Made by a program: the position numbers and the translations under genes. Below the pieces are notes generated by a model, which saw only the letters and a list, made by a program, of their open reading frames with translations, had not been told where the DNA came from and did no database searches. DNA of 64,000 bases from Anaeramoeba ignava BMAN. Its lineage: Eukaryota > Protista > Anaeramoebae. How positions within the stretch are numbered: the stretch's first letter is position 1; each line of letters opens with the position of its first letter. The DNA is taken from positions 124,001 to 188,000 of the forward strand of contig JAPDFW010000084.1 in the NCBI GenBank assembly GCA_028826165.1, written 5' to 3'. Below are positions 62,062-64,000 of this stretch, piece by piece.

Positions 62062-64000
62062 ATGGAATTTCCTTCTCAAAATGAACTAAGTCAATTTACT
62101 TTCCCAAAATTTCAAATAAGACAAAGTTATTCTGCAGAAAAAGATCAATGCATTGAATTTCTTGAAAAATTTAGTGAAGATTCAAACGAATATAAATATT
62201 TAGATAAAATTGTATAAATAAATTTTTTTTTAATTAAAAAATTTTTCTTCTAACCGTTAAAATATTTAAATTAAAAAATTATTTTAGAAAGCAATTATTC
62301 AAAGAAAATCAAAACAAATTGAAATTGAATTAGATGACTTGATTTCAGTAAATGATTTTATTATTTTGAAATTTAATAAAAACAAATTTAATAAAAAAAA
62401 TTCTTTCTTTTCTTTTCTTTTTTTTTTCTTAGTTCGAATCACCTAATTCTACACTTGTCAAAAATATTGAAAAGAACACAATGAGATATTGTGATATTTT
62501 TGCAGAAGCAGTTGATCAAATTATTCAAAAAATTAGTCCAGAAGTAATAAATAATTTTATTATATTGAATAAAATAAAATAAAATAAAAAAGTGGAATAA
62601 ATTTTTCATTTTAAAATCCTTTTTGTTTTTTTTTAGATTCCTCAAATTGATATTGAAGATGTAAATGATATTATTACAACTTTCCGTCAACAAGCTGAAA
62701 AAAATGAGGATTCACAAAATACTTCAAATAATTTCCCACCTGATTTATTAAGAAGATTGTAAACATTAATATTATTTATAAATTTATTTTTAAATTTATT
62801 TTTTTTGTTATTTTAATTAATAGTGAAATTCGAATTATTCCTCGAAAGAAAACAAAAGTTACAAAATTAAGACAAGTAAAATCAAATTGTGTTGGAAAAC
62901 TTGTGAAAGTTAGAGGAATTATTACAAGAATTACTCAAGTGAAACCAGAAGTAAAACAATAAAATTAAAATTCAAATTAAAATTAAAATCAAAATTAAAA
63001 TCAAAATCAAAATCAAAATTTAAAATCAAAATTAAAATCAAAATTAAAATCAAAATTAAAATTAAAATCAATATTAAAATCAAAATCAAAATTAAAATCA
63101 AAATTAAAATTTAAAATCAAAATTAAAATCAAAATTAAAATCAAAATTAAAATTAAAATCAATATTAAAATCAAAATCAAAATTAAAATCAAAATTAAAA
63201 TTCAAAATCAAAATTAAAATCAAAATTAAAATTAAAATTAAAATTAAAATTAAAATTAAAATTAAAAATTAAAATTAAAATTAAAATCAAAATTAAAATC
63301 AAAATCAAAATTAAAATTAAAATTAAAATTAAAATTAAAATTAAAATTAAAATCAAAATTAAAATTAAAATTAAAATCAAAATTTAAATCAAAATCAAAA
63401 TAAAAATCAAAATTAAAATTAAAATTAAAATTAAAATTAAAATTAAAATTTAAATCAAAATCAAAATTCAAAATCAAAATTAAAATTAAAATTTAAAATT
63501 AAAATTAAAATCAAAATCAAAATCAAAATTAAAATTAAAATTTAAATCAAAATCATAATTAAAATTAAAATCAAAATTAAAATCAAAATTAAAATTAAAA
63601 TCAAAATTAAAATTAAAATTAAAATTAAAATTTAAATCAAAATTAAAATTAAAACCAAAATCAAAATTAAAATAGATTAAAGTAGCAACTTACACTTGCG
63701 AAACTTGTCCAAATGAAATTTATCAAGAAGTTACTAGTCAAAACTTTATTCCTCTTTCAGAATGTCCATATTGTAAATCAAATGGAGTAACAAGTGTTCT
63801 TCAACTTCAAACTCGTGGATCTAAATTTGAAAAATTTCAAGAACTAAAACTACAAGAAATAGTAAATTAAAAAATAAAAAAGAAAATTTTTGATTAAAAA
63901 AAAAATTCTCATCAAATTTGATCCAAAAAAAAAAAATTTTTTTCTTTCTTTCTTTTTTTTTCTTTCAATTTTAGTCAAGTGAAGTTCCAACAGGAAATAT
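62062..64000 (+). CDS. MCM7: DNA replication licensing factor MCM7, 5' part (continues beyond the window)
   Basis: Spliced: KYLDKI...IEIELDDL...[15 protein letters not shown]...[11 protein letters not shown]...[41 protein letters not shown]...[20 protein letters not shown]...VPTGN. Confidence 0.93.
62951..63674 (+). repeat. MCM7 intron filled with (AAAATT/AAAATC)n
   Basis: GTAAAA donor at 62951 and TAG acceptor at about 63675. Confidence 0.9.

Noticed and set aside
62062-64000. Intein or Hint insertion in MCM7 or other genes
   Set aside because: No Hint-type motifs (N-terminal C plus terminal HN) seen in the reconstructed proteins; the MCM ATPase region lies beyond the window.
1-64000. tRNA/rRNA genes and alternative genetic code
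   Set aside because: No GC-structured non-coding segment recognised by eye (tRNAscan/Infernal not run); TAA, TAG and TGA all terminate conserved genes at expected positions.

Overview
Extremely AT-rich, gene-dense eukaryotic nuclear DNA with GT-AG spliceosomal introns, many of them inflated by intron-specific microsatellites, and the standard genetic code. The style (RCC1-BTB, BTB-TLDc and Kelch-BTB families, a myristoylated PAS protein, TCATTT initiator-like promoters) suggests an anaerobic protist such as Anaeramoeba (Metamonada); this is inference only. About 20 protein genes were reconstructed by hand: a BTB adaptor cluster, WDR11, a 9-exon kinase, WIP/verprolin, NPL4, a GH16-like surface protein, a Dam-type DNA adenine methyltransferase, a PP1-docking protein, NOC4, PP2C, HMG-CoA synthase, SPT20, palmitoyl-protein thioesterase, an AzgA permease, a PAS protein, a tail-anchored coiled-coil protein, an NT-C2/Dilute protein and the 5' part of MCM7. 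Three signals stand out. (1) An intact, intronless phage-T4-Dam-like N6-adenine methyltransferase with a basic N-terminal extension and a host-type promoter, lying tail-to-tail with a bacterial-like GH16 gene. (2) A gene invisible in the ORF track whose spliced N-terminus resembles the MLKL four-helix bundle plus brace, fused to an intact kinase and two beta-helix (PbH1/CASH) blocks, a candidate single-protein cell-death/immune module. (3) Genome-architecture patterns: frequent AAG splice acceptors, mirrored initiators in about 120-bp bidirectional promoters, and unrelated tandem arrays with about 145-bp and 170-bp periods. Several single-base homopolymer frameshifts are probably assembly errors. 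All homology calls come from remembered motifs, not database searches.
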